64,000 nucleotides of DNA from assembly GCA_017552965.1 (NCBI GenBank), contig JAFZNQ010000101.1, forward strand, positions 1,899 to 65,898. The letters are read 5' to 3'. Made by a program: the position numbers and the translations under genes. This DNA comes from Abditibacteriota bacterium. GTDB lineage: Bacteria > Armatimonadota > UBA5829. Below the pieces are notes generated by a model. The model was given only the letters and a program-made list of their open reading frames with translations, was not told the origin of the DNA and searched no databases. This document shows positions 1-9,056 of the stretch, one piece after another. Position 1 is the first letter of the stretch, and each line of letters begins with the position of its first letter.

Positions 1-934
1 TCCAGGCCGCGTATTTGTCGGAATTGGCAGCCTTGACTCCGTCAAAGTATTCCTTGACCTTGTCGGGGACCACGAAGCACTTCTCGGGATCAAAGCCAAA
101 GCCTTCCTTGGCAGCCTTGGCTTCGTCGGCGCCCAGAGGCTCGCCGTGGGCCTTGGCAGTGCCCTGCTTGTTGGGGGCGCCCTTGCCTATGATGGTCTTG
201 GCGATGATGAGGCTGGGCTTGGTGTTCTTCTGAGCCTTGGCTATGGCGGAGGAGATCTCGTCATAGTTGTGGCCGTCTATGTTCTGGATGTCCCAGCCGT
301 AGGCGGCAAAGCGGCCCGCCACGTCTTCCTTGAAGGCTATGTCGGTGTCGCCCTCGATGGAGATGCCGTTGTCATCGTATATCATGATCAGGTTGTCCAG
401 CTCCAGAGTGCCGGCCAGGGAGCAGGCCTCGTGGCTGATGCCTTCCATGAGGTCGCCGTCGCCGCACATCACGTAAACCTTGTGGCTGATGACGTCATAG
501 CCGGGCTTGTTGGCCAGGGCGGCCAGTCTCTTTTCGGCCATGGCCATACCCACGGCGTTGGCGATGCCCTGTCCCAGAGGGCCGGTGGTGGTCTCCACGC
601 CCAGGTCCGGGTCGTATTCGGGATGACCGGCGCACTTGGAGCCCCACTGTCTGAAGCTGGCGAGGTCGTCTATGGAATAATCAAAGCCGGCCAGATAGAG
701 ACAGCTGTAGAGCAGCATGGAGCCGTGTCCTCCGGAGAGCACGAAGCGGTCCCGGTTGATCCAGCGGGGATTCTTACTGTCATAATTCATCACCTTTCCG
801 TAGAGGGTAAAGGCGACGTCAGCCATGCCCAAGGGCAGACCGGGATGGCCGGACTTGGCTTTTTCAATACCGTCAATAGCCAGACATCTGATAGTATCGG
901 ACGCCAGCTTGTCTATGCATTTGCAGCAACCCAT
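1..934 (-). CDS. tkt: Transketolase, 5' (N-terminal) portion; the 3' end lies beyond window position 1
   Basis: Minus-strand translation from the ATG at 934-932 gives MGCCKCIDKLASDTIRCLAIDGIEKAKSGHPGLPLGMADVA...GDGDLMEGISHEA, with transketolase TPP-binding motifs. GGAG lies 7 nt upstream of the ATG. The ORF runs off the window edge, so it is not in the ORF track. Confidence 0.85.
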   Translation of the reverse strand, partial: MGCCKCIDKLASDTIRCLAIDGIEKAKSGHPGLPLGMADVAFTLYGKVMNYDSKNPRWINRDRFVLSGGHGSMLLYSCLYLAGFDYSIDDLASFRQWGSKCAGHPEYDPDLGVETTTGPLGQGIANAVGMAMAEKRLAALANKPGYDVISHKVYVMCGDGDLMEGISHEACSLAGTLELDNLIMIYDDNGISIEGDTDIAFKEDVAGRFAAYGWDIQNIDGHNYDEISSAIAKAQKNTKPSLIIAKTIIGKGAPNKQGTAKAHGEPLGADEAKAAKEGFGFDPEKCFVVPDKVKEYFDGVKAANSDKYAAW

Positions 935-991
935 ATTTATTCTCCGTATGATTTGATAACAATTATATTATGACATATTTACAGACACAAT

Positions 992-1726
992 TCAATCCTG
1001 CATGCCCCGGCGCACAATGGCTTCCGCGGCGGGGATATCCTCGGGACGCCCCATGTCGCACCATTCGCCCTCTATGCAGTAGGCGGCTATCTTTTTGCCG
1101 TCAGCTATGATGTCGGTGATGGCGGAGGGCAGCTCGTATTCGCCCCGGACCGAGGGAGTGATCTTTTTGCAGTAGTCAAATATCTCGTTCTTGAAGCAAA
1201 AGATACCCGCGCTGTTCCAGTGGCTGGGCACGGTGCCCTTGGGGGGCTTTTCGATCATCTTGGTGACCAGCTTGTCCTCGCCGAACATAATGGCGCTGCC
1301 CTGCCAGGGGTCTTCCACCCAGTTCAGGACCTCCACGGCCAGGAGATCGGGAGATTCGTTGAACTGCTTCACAGCGTCCTTGTACACCTTGCGCTCGGTG
1401 ACGCAGTCGCCGTAGCACATCAGGATGTCTTCGCCGGCTACCAGCTTTTCACTCAAAAGGAGAGCTATACCCGTGCCGTAGCGGTCGTCCTGGACCACGT
1501 AGTCGATGTGTATGCCCAATTTGGAGCCGTCGCCAAAGTATTCCTCGACCTTCTCGGCCAGATACTTGGTGACCAGCACAAAATCGGTGATACCCGCATC
1601 CATACAGCATCTGATGACGTATTCCACCAGAGGTATGCCTGCTACCTTGATCATAGGCTTGGGGCAGTTGTCCGTGAGGGCGCCCAGGCGGGTGCCTCTT
1701 CCGGCTGCCAGAATCACAGCTTTCAC
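992..1726 (-). CDS. Sugar-phosphate nucleotidyltransferase (NTP_transferase family; G1P thymidylyl/uridylyl/guanylyltransferase-like)
   Basis: The 244 aa ORF starts [15 protein letters not shown], the canonical nucleotidyltransferase signature. The GTG start overlaps the clpX stop (GTGA). Confidence 0.8.
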   Translation of the reverse strand: MKAVILAAGRGTRLGALTDNCPKPMIKVAGIPLVEYVIRCCMDAGITDFVLVTKYLAEKVEEYFGDGSKLGIHIDYVVQDDRYGTGIALLLSEKLVAGEDILMCYGDCVTERKVYKDAVKQFNESPDLLAVEVLNWVEDPWQGSAIMFGEDKLVTKMIEKPPKGTVPSHWNSAGIFCFKNEIFDYCKKITPSVRGEYELPSAITDIIADGKKIAAYCIEGEWCDMGRPEDIPAAEAIVRRGMQD

Positions 1727-3033
1727 TTAGCTTTTTCCTCCGCGCTTTCTTTTATTATCTCGGGAGCCGCCGCGCCGTTGACGGCGTCCTCCGTGATGGT
1801 AATCCTGGTGATATCGGGATCGGACGGAGTGTCAAACATCACGTCCAGCATCACCTTTTCCAGTATGGACCTGAGGGCTCTGGCGCCTGTCTTGCGGCGG
1901 ATGGCCTCGTCTGCCACCGCCCTCAGGGCGCCGTCTGTGAAGCGCAGGTCCACTCCGTCCATAGCCATGAGGGCCTTGTATTGCTTGACTATGGAATTTT
2001 TGGGCTCGGTGAGTATCCTGACAAAGGCATCCTGAGACAGAGGGTCCAGACTGCTGATGACCGGCAGACGGCCTATGAGCTCGGGCAGCAGCCCGAAGTG
2101 CACCAGGTCGTCGGGCACCACGTGGGTCATGATCTCAGAGTAGTCGTCGTCGTTCTTGCCTATGTTGTCGGAATTGAAGCCCATGACGTTCTGATGCAGG
2201 CGTCTGCGGATCACGTCCTCGATGCCCACAAAGGCTCCGCCGCATATAAACAGGATGTTGGCCGTGTTGATGGGGATAAACTCCTGCATGGGGTGCTTGC
2301 GTCCGCCCTGAGGAGGCACGTTGGCCACGGTGCCCTCCAGTATCTTCAGCAGAGCCTGCTGCACGCCCTCGCCGGACACGTCCCGGGTGATGGAAGTATT
2401 TTCGTCCTTGCGGGATATCTTGTCTATCTCGTCGATATATATGATGCCCCGCTCGGCCCTTTTGATCACGTTGTTGATGTTGCCGCCGTCATCCGCCGCC
2501 TGCAGCAGCCTGAGGAGGATGTTTTCCACGTCCTCGCCCACGTAGCCCGCCTGAGTAAGGGTGGTGGCGTCGGCTATGGCAAAGGGCACGTTCAGGGCTT
2601 TGGCCAGACACTCGGCAAAGAGGGTCTTGCCGCTGCCGGTGGGTCCTATGAGCAGCACGTTGGACTTCTTGATCTCCACGTCGGTCTTCTTGCGCTTGCT
2701 CAGAGACAGGATGCGCTTGTAGTGGTTGTACACGGCTACGCTCAGTATCCGCTTGGTGGCTTCCTGCCCCACCACGTGCTCGTCCAGAGCGGCGTATATC
2801 TGTGAAGGCAGTATGAGAGTGTCATCGTTGGCATCGGGCACCGTGTCGTCGGGAATAGGCTTGCCCTGGAGAGCAGCCTCCACCTGAGGAGTGGAAAAAG
2901 GCCCGTGCACGTGAGTCTGAAACTCGCCGTAGCAGTCCTCGCACCAGATCTCACCCTGCACAAAAAAGAAAGAGCCTATCTCCTTGGGGGTGGCGCCGCA
3001 AAGGGCGCATTCAAATTTGGGCTTTCTGGGCAT
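1723..3033 (-). CDS. clpX: ATP-dependent Clp protease ATP-binding subunit ClpX
   Basis: 436 aa with an N-terminal C4 zinc finger (CALCG...CEDC), Walker A GPTGSGKT and sensor/arginine-finger regions typical of ClpX. It sits directly downstream of clpP. Confidence 0.95.
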   Translation of the reverse strand: MPRKPKFECALCGATPKEIGSFFFVQGEIWCEDCYGEFQTHVHGPFSTPQVEAALQGKPIPDDTVPDANDDTLILPSQIYAALDEHVVGQEATKRILSVAVYNHYKRILSLSKRKKTDVEIKKSNVLLIGPTGSGKTLFAECLAKALNVPFAIADATTLTQAGYVGEDVENILLRLLQAADDGGNINNVIKRAERGIIYIDEIDKISRKDENTSITRDVSGEGVQQALLKILEGTVANVPPQGGRKHPMQEFIPINTANILFICGGAFVGIEDVIRRRLHQNVMGFNSDNIGKNDDDYSEIMTHVVPDDLVHFGLLPELIGRLPVISSLDPLSQDAFVRILTEPKNSIVKQYKALMAMDGVDLRFTDGALRAVADEAIRRKTGARALRSILEKVMLDVMFDTPSDPDITRITITEDAVNGAAAPEIIKESAEEKAK

Positions 3034-3623
3034 CAGGCTTCCTTCTTTCCGGTGATGATATTGTCGATGAGTCCGTATTCCTTTGCCTCTTCGGGAGACA
3101 TGAAGAAGTCGCGGTCTATGTCCTTCATTACCTGCTTCACGGACTTGCCGGAGTTCCCTGCCAGGATGCCGGCCAGCACTTCTCTGTAGCGCAGCACCTC
3201 TCTGGCCTGGATATCTATATCCGAGGGGGTGCCCTCAAAGCCGGCGGAGCCCTGGTGGATCATGATCCTGGAGTTGGGCAGAGCGGAACGCTTGCCTCTG
3301 GCTCCGGAGCTCAGGAGCACGGCGCCCATGCTCATGCTGCTGCCCACGCAGATGGTGGACACGTCGCACTTGATGAGCTGCATGGTGTCATATATGGCCA
3401 GCCCGCTGATGACGGAGCCGCCGGGGCTGTTGATATATATCTCTATATCCCGGTCGGGATCTTCCTTTTCCAAAAACAGCATCTGGGCGATGACGGCGTT
3501 GGCCATCTCGTCGAATATCTCTCCCGACAGCATGATGATCCTGTCCTTCAGGAGACGGGAATATATATCATAGGACCTTTCGCCCTGCCCTGTCTGCTCT
3601 ATGACATAGGGAACGTTGTACAT
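3033..3623 (-). CDS. clpP: ATP-dependent Clp protease proteolytic subunit ClpP
   Basis: ClpP family motifs ([13 protein letters not shown]-like ...IMIHQGS). Start assigned to the ATG at 3623 ([10 protein letters not shown]...), preceded by AGGAG. The upstream M in the track ORF is an over-extension. Confidence 0.9.
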   Translation of the reverse strand: MYNVPYVIEQTGQGERSYDIYSRLLKDRIIMLSGEIFDEMANAVIAQMLFLEKEDPDRDIEIYINSPGGSVISGLAIYDTMQLIKCDVSTICVGSSMSMGAVLLSSGARGKRSALPNSRIMIHQGSAGFEGTPSDIDIQAREVLRYREVLAGILAGNSGKSVKQVMKDIDRDFFMSPEEAKEYGLIDNIITGKKEA

Positions 3624-3653
3624 AGGTAAATACTCCTTTTTATCGTCATATAT

Positions 3654-3683
3654 ATTATAACACAAGGGCGCCGGTTTATGCAA
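3654..3683 (-). promoter_or_regulatory. Putative sigma70 promoter of clpP-clpX (TTGCAT-18-TATAAT)
   Basis: On the minus strand, TTGCAT (3683-3678) and TATAAT (3659-3654) with an 18 nt spacer, about 30 nt upstream of the clpP RBS. A GC-rich inverted repeat overlaps the -35 element. Confidence 0.4.
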
Positions 3684-3698
3684 AAGCGGCGGCGCCCC

Positions 3699-3722
3699 GG
3701 CAAAAAACGAGGGGATCCCCCG
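3699..3722 (-). terminator. Intrinsic terminator downstream of tig
   Basis: Minus strand GGGGATCCCC palindrome followed by TCGTTTTTTG. Confidence 0.5.
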
Positions 3723-3755
3723 CTGTCGCGGCCGGATCCCCGTCCCATATGCTTG

Positions 3756-5174
3756 CTAAGCCTGCTCTTCTGCGGCCTTGTCGTCCTCCGCCTTGTCTCC
3801 CTCGGCTGCCGCAGCGGCGGCTTCCTCGGCGGCCTTTTCGGCCTGATAGGCGTCCCAGTCCTTCTCGGTGACCACGGCGTTGTCGGAGAGGAATCTGACG
3901 AACTTTTCGTTCACCAGCTCGTCCTTGATCATGTTGAGCATGAACTCGTTCTTGTCGCACATCTCCTTGAAGGCCTCAAAGGTGGACTTGCGCTCCTCGG
4001 CCTTCTTGCCGATGGCCTCGTTGATCTCTTCCTCGGTGGGCTCCAGCTTCTCGGTCTCCACTATCCTGCCGGCGGCGAGAGAACGCTTCAGATTGACGTC
4101 CTCGGTGTTCTTGAACTCCTCGTACATCATCTCGGGGGTGAGCTGATACATCTTCATGTAGTCGTCCACCTTCATGTTCTGCTGCTTGAGATAGTCGCTG
4201 AAGCCTCTGAAGCGCTGCTCGATGCGGGGCTCCAGCATGGCCTCGGGATATTCTATGGACGCATTCTCCACCACCTTGTCTATGAGGGCGGTGTGGAACA
4301 TGTTCTCGAACTGGCTGTCCAGCTGCTTCTGCATGTTGGTCCGCATGAGCTCCTTCATCTTGTCCACGGTGTCGGGCTTTTCGTCAAAGGGAGCGTCCTT
4401 GAAGGTCTCGGCCACCCATTCGTCGGTGACTTCGGGCTTGTTGGTGTGATACACGGTCTTGATGCGGATGTCAAAGGTACCGGTGGTGCCTGCCAGCTCC
4501 TTGTTGTAGTAGTCCTCGTCAAAGGAGAGCACTGCTCCGTCCCTGGTGTCGCCTATCTCCATGCCCTTCAGCACTTCGTCATTGGCAGGTATCTTGCCGT
4601 CGGTGACAAAGCTCTCGGTGGAGTTTTTGGTCTCGTCCTCTTTGTTGAGGAACTCCACGAACACGGTGTCGTCCTCGGCTATGGGTCTGTCCAGCACGGG
4701 CTCCACCCGGGTCTGACGGGCTACCAGATTGTCTATCTCGCTCTGCACCTCGTCGTCGGTGACGGTCTTGGTGTATCTGTCCACCTCCAGGCCCTTGTAG
4801 GCTCCCAGCTCCACCACGGGCTCGCCGGGAACGCTGAACTTGATGGTGATGATGCCGGCAGAGGCAATATCGGAGGATTCCACGTCATAACTCACCTGAG
4901 CGTAGGGCTCCTTTTCAAAGAGAGCCTTGACGGCGTCAAAGTTGTCCTTGACAAAATGCTCTGCCGCCATGCCGGGAACGGGATCCTGATCCACTGCGTA
5001 GATCTTTTCCAGGAGAGCTCTGGGAGCCTTGCCCTTGCGGAAGCCGTCCAGCCGGATCTCCTTGCTGATGTCCTTATATGCGGCGTTGAGAGCCTTGTCA
5101 AACTCGCTCTTTTCGATCTCTACCTCATAGACTGTCATACAGGCGTTGACCTGCTCGGTATTTATTACTTTCAT
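3756..5174 (-). CDS. tig: Trigger factor (ribosome-associated PPIase chaperone)
   Basis: Full-length trigger factor similarity ([38 protein letters not shown]... FKBP-type middle domain). Start moved to the ATG at 5174, which has a GAGAGG RBS. The longer track ORF would run into tRNA-Gly. Confidence 0.9.
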   Translation of the reverse strand: MKVINTEQVNACMTVYEVEIEKSEFDKALNAAYKDISKEIRLDGFRKGKAPRALLEKIYAVDQDPVPGMAAEHFVKDNFDAVKALFEKEPYAQVSYDVESSDIASAGIITIKFSVPGEPVVELGAYKGLEVDRYTKTVTDDEVQSEIDNLVARQTRVEPVLDRPIAEDDTVFVEFLNKEDETKNSTESFVTDGKIPANDEVLKGMEIGDTRDGAVLSFDEDYYNKELAGTTGTFDIRIKTVYHTNKPEVTDEWVAETFKDAPFDEKPDTVDKMKELMRTNMQKQLDSQFENMFHTALIDKVVENASIEYPEAMLEPRIEQRFRGFSDYLKQQNMKVDDYMKMYQLTPEMMYEEFKNTEDVNLKRSLAAGRIVETEKLEPTEEEINEAIGKKAEERKSTFEAFKEMCDKNEFMLNMIKDELVNEKFVRFLSDNAVVTEKDWDAYQAEKAAEEAAAAAAEGDKAEDDKAAEEQA

Positions 5175-5189
5175 ATATATCCTCTCGAT

Positions 5190-5238
5190 GAGACTTTTTC
5201 GCAAAAATAAAGGATATGGAAAAGGCTCCATATCCTTT
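5190..5238 (-). terminator. Intrinsic terminator after the tRNA cluster
   Basis: Minus strand GGATATGGAgccttttTCCATATCC (9 bp perfect stem) followed by TTTATTTTTG, immediately 3' of tRNA-Gly. Confidence 0.5.
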
Positions 5239-5240
5239 GG

Positions 5241-5316
5241 TGGAGCGGGAGACGGGACTTGAACCCGCGACATCCACCTTGGCAAGGTGGCGCTCTACCA
5301 CTGAGCTACTCCCGCA
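5241..5316 (-). tRNA. tRNA-Gly (anticodon GCC)
   Basis: Reverse complement GCGGGAGTAGCTCAGTGGTAGAGCGCCACCTTGCCAAGGTGGATGTCGCGGGTTCAAGTCCCGTCTCCCGCTCCA. Cloverleaf with anticodon loop TTGCCAA and an encoded CCA. Confidence 0.85.
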
Positions 5317-5320
5317 TACT

Positions 5321-5403
5321 TGGTGGGCGAAGAGAGAGTCGAACTCTCACACCGTAAGGTACTAGTTCCTAAAACTAGCGTGTCTGCCATTCCACCACTC
5401 GCC
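5321..5403 (-). tRNA. tRNA-Leu (anticodon TAG), long variable arm
   Basis: Reverse complement GGGCGAGTGGTGGAATGGCAGACACGCTAGTTTTAGGAACTAG...GAGAGTTCGACTCTCTCTTCGCCCACCA. Anticodon loop TTTAGGA and a type II variable arm. Confidence 0.8.
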
Positions 5404-5414
5404 CTAAAGGGTGG

Positions 5415-5491
5415 TTGGTACACGATCGGGGACTCGAACCCCGGACCAATAGATTAAGAGTCTACTGCTCTACCAACTGAGCTAATCGTGC
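5415..5491 (-). tRNA. tRNA-Lys (anticodon CTT)
   Basis: Reverse complement GCACGATTAGCTCAGTTGGTAGAGCAGTAGACTCTTAATCTATTGGTCCGGGGTTCGAGTCCCCGATCGTGTACCA. Anticodon loop CTCTTAA. Confidence 0.85.
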
Positions 5492-5511
5492 ATACCCCAG
5501 CCGACATACTT

Positions 5512-5540
5512 ATTGTAACAAAAACAAGAGAGTTTGTCAA
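5512..5540 (-). promoter_or_regulatory. tRNA operon promoter P1 (TTGACA-17-TACAAT)
   Basis: Minus strand TTGACAaactctcttgtttttgtTACAAT, ending about 20 nt upstream of the tRNA-Lys 5' end. Confidence 0.45.
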
Positions 5541-5608
5541 GGAGTTTGATGTGATTGTCCAATAAGCAAAGCGCTTTTCACAAGAGCCGCGGCTCTCCGG
5601 CATAACTT

Positions 5609-5638
5609 ATTATAGCAAAAGACCGCCGGGCTTGTCAA
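5609..5638 (-). promoter_or_regulatory. tRNA operon promoter P2 (TTGACA-18-TATAAT)
   Basis: Minus strand cTTGACAagcccggcggtcttttgcTATAATaag. Consensus hexamers. Confidence 0.45.
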
Positions 5639-5702
5639 GCCTTGGCCCGAAAAAACTTTCGGCCGGTTCCAGACCGCCTGCGCCAACGCGCCGGCAAATA
5701 TT

Positions 5703-5731
5703 ATTATACCTCTTTCCGAAGGGCTTGTCAA
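5703..5731 (-). promoter_or_regulatory. tRNA operon promoter P3 (TTGACA-17-TATAAT)
   Basis: Minus strand gTTGACAagcccttcggaaagaggTATAATaat. Consensus hexamers. This is the third tandem promoter, about 100 nt upstream of P2. Confidence 0.4.
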
Positions 5732-5874
5732 CACCCGCAGGGCATTTTTTACCCGAAAAATGACCTTGTTCTATGGCGAATGGCCCCGGAGCCTTTCCCC
5801 GGCGCCAAAAAGCCCCGCCGGAGCGGGGCTGTCGGAGCGTATTCATCGGCCGGCAGCAGTCGCCGGCCTGTCTT

Positions 5875-6645
5875 CTATTTCATGGGGATCAGCAGATCCG
5901 AGATGATGGAGAGGTGCGGAGCGTCGGAGTCTGCGGTGTAGCAGCTGCGGAGGTAAAAGCCGATCTGAGGGGCCACCCAGCGATACACGGTCTTGCCCTT
6001 CTCGGTCTCATATCTCACCAGCCAGGTGTCCAGCTTTCTGTCGTCGGCAGAAGAGATCTTGGCTGTCTTTTCCACAATGCAGGCGTATTTGACTCCCGCA
6101 GGGGAGACGAATTCCCACTTGCGGCCCTTCTTCAGCTTGCCGGGCAAAAATTCCAGAGGTCTCTGGTACCACCTGGGCTCGCCCAGAGCAGCCTTGTCAT
6201 AGATGACTCCGCAGGTGGGGTCCATGACGTCGGCGGCAGGAATGTTGTCGGCGTAAAAATACAGGGTGCCGTCGTTTTTCTGCAAGAACCATACGTCAAA
6301 GGATCTGAACTCTCCGGACTTGCCGTCGGCGGTCATGGGAGCCTGCTTGCGTATCATGCGGGTCACCTCCACTCCCTCGGGAGACGTCTTCTTCGTGTTG
6401 GTGACAGTGTAGATGTCGCAGGCCTTGTAGCTGCCCGCGTCATCGCAGATGATATTGGTCCAGGAGTCGCCGTTTTCCAGGAGCTTCACCTTGTCCGAGG
6501 ACAGACCCAGGGATTTGGCTATGGGGTCAAACAGGCTGGACAGGGCGCTGTCAATGGGCCTGTCTATGACGCTCAGGCCAAAGACGGCTCCGCTCAGGGT
6601 ACACACCGCAAGGACGGCCAGGACTGCGCGCAATGATCTCTTCAT
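5875..6645 (-). CDS. Secreted hypothetical protein (signal peptide)
   Basis: 256 aa; N-terminus MKRSLRAVLAVLAVCTLSGAVFG is a Sec signal. AGGAGG RBS. Intrinsic terminator hairpin (AGCCCCGC...GCGGGGCT + T-run) 40-60 nt downstream. No recognisable domain. Confidence 0.6.
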   Translation of the reverse strand: MKRSLRAVLAVLAVCTLSGAVFGLSVIDRPIDSALSSLFDPIAKSLGLSSDKVKLLENGDSWTNIICDDAGSYKACDIYTVTNTKKTSPEGVEVTRMIRKQAPMTADGKSGEFRSFDVWFLQKNDGTLYFYADNIPAADVMDPTCGVIYDKAALGEPRWYQRPLEFLPGKLKKGRKWEFVSPAGVKYACIVEKTAKISSADDRKLDTWLVRYETEKGKTVYRWVAPQIGFYLRSCYTADSDAPHLSIISDLLIPMK

Positions 6646-6663
6646 ATAATCCTCCTATTTGTC

Positions 6664-7917
6664 TCAGAGCTTGTGCTCTATGTTGTCTCTGAATATCACC
6701 GTGCCGGAAGGCTTGTTGGGATTCTTGATGCTGTAGCCGCCGGGCCAGTAGTCTATGATGTTGTCATGGATGATCAGCTTGTCGGCCCCCTTCTCCACCC
6801 AGAGGCCGCCCTTGCCCAGGAGATGGCTGTCGGACATATTGAAGTTGTAGGCGTTGGCGCCCAGCTTCACGCAGGGGTCTCCCTCCGCGACCTGCAGGCC
6901 GTTGACGGACAGACGGGTCCAGGGGTGGTTGGCGCCGGGATTGTAATACAAGCCCTCGATGGACCCGCCCACTCCCCTCACCTGAGTGTTGGTGACCGTA
7001 GCGTTGTAATGAAGGGCCTGAGGGGAAATGTCTATACCTCTTCCGCCGGCGTTGATGAGCACCTGACAGCCGTCCATGACCACTCCGCAGGAGCCTCCCT
7101 GAAAGACGTAGCCGTTCTTCACGTGCTCGCACCAGCAGTTGCTGATCATATGGGGCAGACAGCCGGTGACGGCCTTGTTGCCCTCTCCGTCGGTGAAATG
7201 CTCCCGCTGCTGGAAAAAGGTCTTGGCCAGTATGACGAAGCAGTGGTCCATCATCACCCCGTCCACGTTGCCAAAGTCAAAGCACACCCGGTTCTTGGCA
7301 TAAAAGGCGTCACCCGACACAGAGCTGCCCCCCACGAACCAGTGTATGTTTTCAAACTTGTTGATATCCTTGGCGCCGGATATGACTATGCCTCTGTAAT
7401 GGCTCCAGCCGCCTATGTCTCTGAACAGACCGCCGCCGGCGTTGGTCTCCACCCCCTCGGGAGTGGAGATGCAGGTCCAGCTGCCGTCAAAGGCCACGTC
7501 CACCACCTCGGGGTTGATGCCCGTCAGCAGCAAAGTGGGCTCCGCCTTGTGGGGCTTCACGGTCTCCTGATTGTTGGGATACGTAAACAGCATGCCCTCC
7601 ACCCGCACGGCGTGGCCAAAGGTAAAGGGGACGAAGTCGTGCCTCTTGATAATGATGGTGGTGTTCTTTCTGCCGTCTCCCTTCAGCACAGTGCCGATAG
7701 TCAGCTGCACGGGCTTGTCTATGAGATATTTGCCGGCCGGCACAGTCACCAGACGGGTGTTGTCCCCCTCTTCCGCAGCCGCCAGGACGGCCGCGTTGAA
7801 GGCGTCGGAAGCGTCGGCAGAGCCGTCAGGCAGGGCGCCGAAATCGGTGACGCTCACACCGTAGCACAGAGCAGCGCAAAATATGAGCGCAGCGCAGAAC
7901 AGTATTCGTATTATCAT
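6664..7917 (-). CDS. Secreted right-handed beta-helix protein, pectate lyase superfamily / GH28-like
   Basis: The N-terminal motif VTDFGALPDGSADASDAFNAAV... is typical of the Pectate_lyase_3 / polygalacturonase-type beta-helix fold. Start placed at the ATG at 7917 (MIIRILF..., AAGGAG RBS), not the upstream track M, which overlaps that RBS. Confidence 0.7.
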   Translation of the reverse strand: MIIRILFCAALIFCAALCYGVSVTDFGALPDGSADASDAFNAAVLAAAEEGDNTRLVTVPAGKYLIDKPVQLTIGTVLKGDGRKNTTIIIKRHDFVPFTFGHAVRVEGMLFTYPNNQETVKPHKAEPTLLLTGINPEVVDVAFDGSWTCISTPEGVETNAGGGLFRDIGGWSHYRGIVISGAKDINKFENIHWFVGGSSVSGDAFYAKNRVCFDFGNVDGVMMDHCFVILAKTFFQQREHFTDGEGNKAVTGCLPHMISNCWCEHVKNGYVFQGGSCGVVMDGCQVLINAGGRGIDISPQALHYNATVTNTQVRGVGGSIEGLYYNPGANHPWTRLSVNGLQVAEGDPCVKLGANAYNFNMSDSHLLGKGGLWVEKGADKLIIHDNIIDYWPGGYSIKNPNKPSGTVIFRDNIEHKL

Positions 7918-7939
7918 ATCACTCCTTCGGGGCGGCATA

Positions 7940-9049
7940 TCAGCCGACCACCACGTTCTTGGTGCCCCGTTTGCCTACGTACATATTCTCGTCGGCCAGC
8001 AAAAACACCTCGCTCAGGGACATCCCTTCCTTATAGGCCGCCAATCCGGCGGTGACCGTCACCTTTACGGGAGGCTCTCCCTCCACCAGCTGCATCTCGG
8101 CGTCCTCTATCTCCCGGCGTATATGCTCGCATCTCGCCATCAGCTCCTCCTTAGAGCCGGAGGAGAGTATCAGCATCTCTTCGCCGCCCCAGCGGAACGC
8201 CAGCTCGCCTTCCCCGCAATTGATCCTGATGATGCCCGCCACAGTCTTCAGCACATAGTCGCCGCTCTTGTGGGTGTAGGTATCATTGATCTGCTTGAAG
8301 TTGTCTATGTCTATGACGGCCATGGACAGGCTCGCGCCGTGGCTCACGGCGTTGTCATAATATTTCTTTTGATACAGGTCCATGCGGCGCCGGTTCAGCA
8401 GGCCGGTCAGGGGATCCTTTTCCACCGCCTCCTCCAGAGCTCTCACCAGCATCTTGTTGCCCAGATAGGCCAGCACGTGGAGCAGCAGGAAGGTCAGCAG
8501 GATGCACACCACCCTCAGAGCCACGCTGACTATAAAGTCGGCTTCCTGGGCGGGATACAGCAGCACTCTGTTGTGCATAAAGGATACGACGATAGACGCC
8601 GCCATCAGGGTGCACAAAAAGTCCATGACCCTGTAGTCAAAGAACAGCAAGGTCAGCAGCACGTAATAAGGGGTAAAGCCCCACAGCTCCCTGCTGGGGA
8701 AGGAGTAGGCTATATAGTTCCAGTGGAGGCACAGCAGCAGGCACAAGATCAGCTTGGTGGTCCTCAGAAAGGCAGTGGGATAGGCGCCGGCGGCGCGTTT
8801 GGCCCGCCAGGACCGGGACGCGCATCCGGCCAGGATCACCAGCAGGATGTCAAACGCATCCAGCAGCAGCACACGGCCAAAGGAGATGTGGGCCAGATTG
8901 CCGGCAAAATACTCGGAGGTATAGAATATCCCCGAGCACAGCATCCCTACGGCTGCCAGATTGAGTATGTAGCCGTATATTTTGTCGGTATAGACGTCAA
9001 AAGCGTCCGAGTCATGACTGTTGTCGTGATGTATCTGTTGAGTCCTCAT
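7940..9049 (-). CDS. Membrane-anchored diguanylate cyclase (GGDEF domain) with variant GGEEM motif
   Basis: Multi-TM N-terminus. The C-terminal GGDEF domain (DPLTGLLNRR..., inhibitory-site-like RxxD absent) has RWGGEEMLIL where GG(D/E)EF is expected. Confidence 0.8.
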   Translation of the reverse strand: MRTQQIHHDNSHDSDAFDVYTDKIYGYILNLAAVGMLCSGIFYTSEYFAGNLAHISFGRVLLLDAFDILLVILAGCASRSWRAKRAAGAYPTAFLRTTKLILCLLLCLHWNYIAYSFPSRELWGFTPYYVLLTLLFFDYRVMDFLCTLMAASIVVSFMHNRVLLYPAQEADFIVSVALRVVCILLTFLLLHVLAYLGNKMLVRALEEAVEKDPLTGLLNRRRMDLYQKKYYDNAVSHGASLSMAVIDIDNFKQINDTYTHKSGDYVLKTVAGIIRINCGEGELAFRWGGEEMLILSSGSKEELMARCEHIRREIEDAEMQLVEGEPPVKVTVTAGLAAYKEGMSLSEVFLLADENMYVGKRGTKNVVVG

Positions 9050-9056
9050 ACCGGGA

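Noticed and set aside
3678-5210. 510-aa plus-strand ORF opposite tig. Similar long antisense ORFs: 14293..15951, 16061..17530, 18028..19797, 19866..20942, 23192..24583, 35172..37124, 41173..42504, 53877..55229, 55184..56224
   Set aside because: All are antisense to clearly identifiable conserved genes. Their amino-acid composition is low-complexity with no motifs, the expected artefact of 60%+ GC.
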